From: an uncultured Chitinophagaceae bacterium
GTDB lineage: Bacteria > Bacteroidota > Ignavibacteria > UBA10030 > UBA8401
Direction: 5' to 3'
DNA: 64,000 bases
Assembly: GCA_964642725.1 (NCBI GenBank)
Contig: CAZXQG010000005.1
Location: 16,597 to 80,596 of the forward strand
The position numbers were made by a program, and so were the translations under genes. Within the stretch, counting starts at the first letter, position 1, and each line of letters starts with the position of its first letter. This document shows positions 63,281 through 64,000 of the stretch, piece by piece. The notes below the pieces were generated by a model. The model made no database searches and had not been told where the DNA came from. It worked only from the letters and a program-made list of their open reading frames with translations.

Positions 63281-63817
63281 CTATCTAAGAAATTGTTTCC
63301 TCACCAATAACCACGCTGCAAGCGTCATCCCATCCCAAATCTCCCCGCGTGCCATCATCGCCTCAAGTTCATCGGGAGCAACACATACAATTTCAAATTC
63401 TTCAGTCGCTTCAGGCTTTGCCTTTACATACGAAAGATTTCGCGCTATGAATACTCTGCACATTTCGTCTGTGACTCCGTTGAAAGGATTGAACTCTCCC
63501 CCCATGATCCATGATTGCGCAATATATCCTGTTTCTTCTTCCAACTCCAACCTGGCCATCTCATCGTACGTATGTCCTGGCTTCACTCCGCCGCACGGGA
63601 ATTCAATGCTCTCTCTGTCTCTCAAATAGCGATATTGATTGACAAGAACGATTCTGCCGTCATCCATCACCGGAACGATCATGCTCGAGCCTTCCGTATG
63701 CACGTAGTGATATTCCCCCTTGACCCCGTTTGGAATCTGGAATGAATCAAGATAATAATTCCACCAGGGATTCTTATAGATAATTTTTGACGTGAGTTTC
63801 TTCCAGCGGGAAAGCAT
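63281..63817 (-). CDS. NUDIX hydrolase (ADP-ribose pyrophosphatase-like)
   Basis: Nudix box GGVKPGHTYDEMARLELEEETG. Confidence 0.75.
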   Translation of the reverse strand: MLSRWKKLTSKIIYKNPWWNYYLDSFQIPNGVKGEYHYVHTEGSSMIVPVMDDGRIVLVNQYRYLRDRESIEFPCGGVKPGHTYDEMARLELEEETGYIAQSWIMGGEFNPFNGVTDEMCRVFIARNLSYVKAKPEATEEFEIVCVAPDELEAMMARGEIWDGMTLAAWLLVRKQFLR

Positions 63818-64000
63818 ATCGGATGGATAGAGTATGATAGATGATTTTGAGACTTCCCTTAAAAAGGATCAGCCCATTCCGCTATTGGCAGCAGAAACAA
63901 CGGAGAATTATCTGATTCATAAGAGAAATGCCATTAATGCCGCTATATGGGTTCTGACTTCTGTCTCCTGACTCCTAAAATCTTTCAGATCAATTCGCTC

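Overview
Contiguous bacterial chromosomal segment, about 50% GC, with canonical sigma70-type promoters and a CIRCE/HrcA operator. It carries about 60 protein genes and one tRNA-Thr(CGU); no rRNA, CRISPR array or IS element is evident. The content is mostly housekeeping: atpD-atpC (split F1 beta/epsilon operon), alr, manC, leuS, proB-proA, rpmB, pgsA-pgpA-cinA-thpR-recA-recX, prs-rplY(ctc)-pth, rpsF-rpsR-rplI, argH, groES-groEL, rsmI, nadE, purB, htrA, plsY. It also holds an LPS-core/lipid export block (msbA, heptosyltransferase, O-antigen-ligase-like protein, GT2, nadK) and two M-family peptidases. Less ordinary items are listed here. (1) A four-gene partner-switching cassette with no linked sigma factor gene: a membrane SpoIIE-like PP2C, a STAS protein, an RsbW-like kinase and a GAF-GAF-PP2C, plus an orphan STAS gene at the window start. 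(2) A cytoplasmic protein with a long Pro/Glu-rich tandem-repeat linker, sitting in a cell-envelope operon. (3) A palindrome-dense intergenic region that ends in an intrinsic terminator just upstream of proBA, which may be an sRNA or a leader. (4) A compact arsR-arsM-arsC-acr3 arsenic islet. (5) Tandem AI-2E transporter paralogs translationally coupled to a PolB-exonuclease-like DEDDy nuclease. (6) A lat (L-lysine 6-aminotransferase)-ALDH lysine catabolic pair. (7) An orphan larB. (8) A small PCP_red-like ORF nested between cystathionine beta-synthase and gamma-lyase. (9) A PSCyt1-like CX4CH lipoprotein. All calls rest on reading the translated ORFs and DNA motifs by eye; no database search was run.
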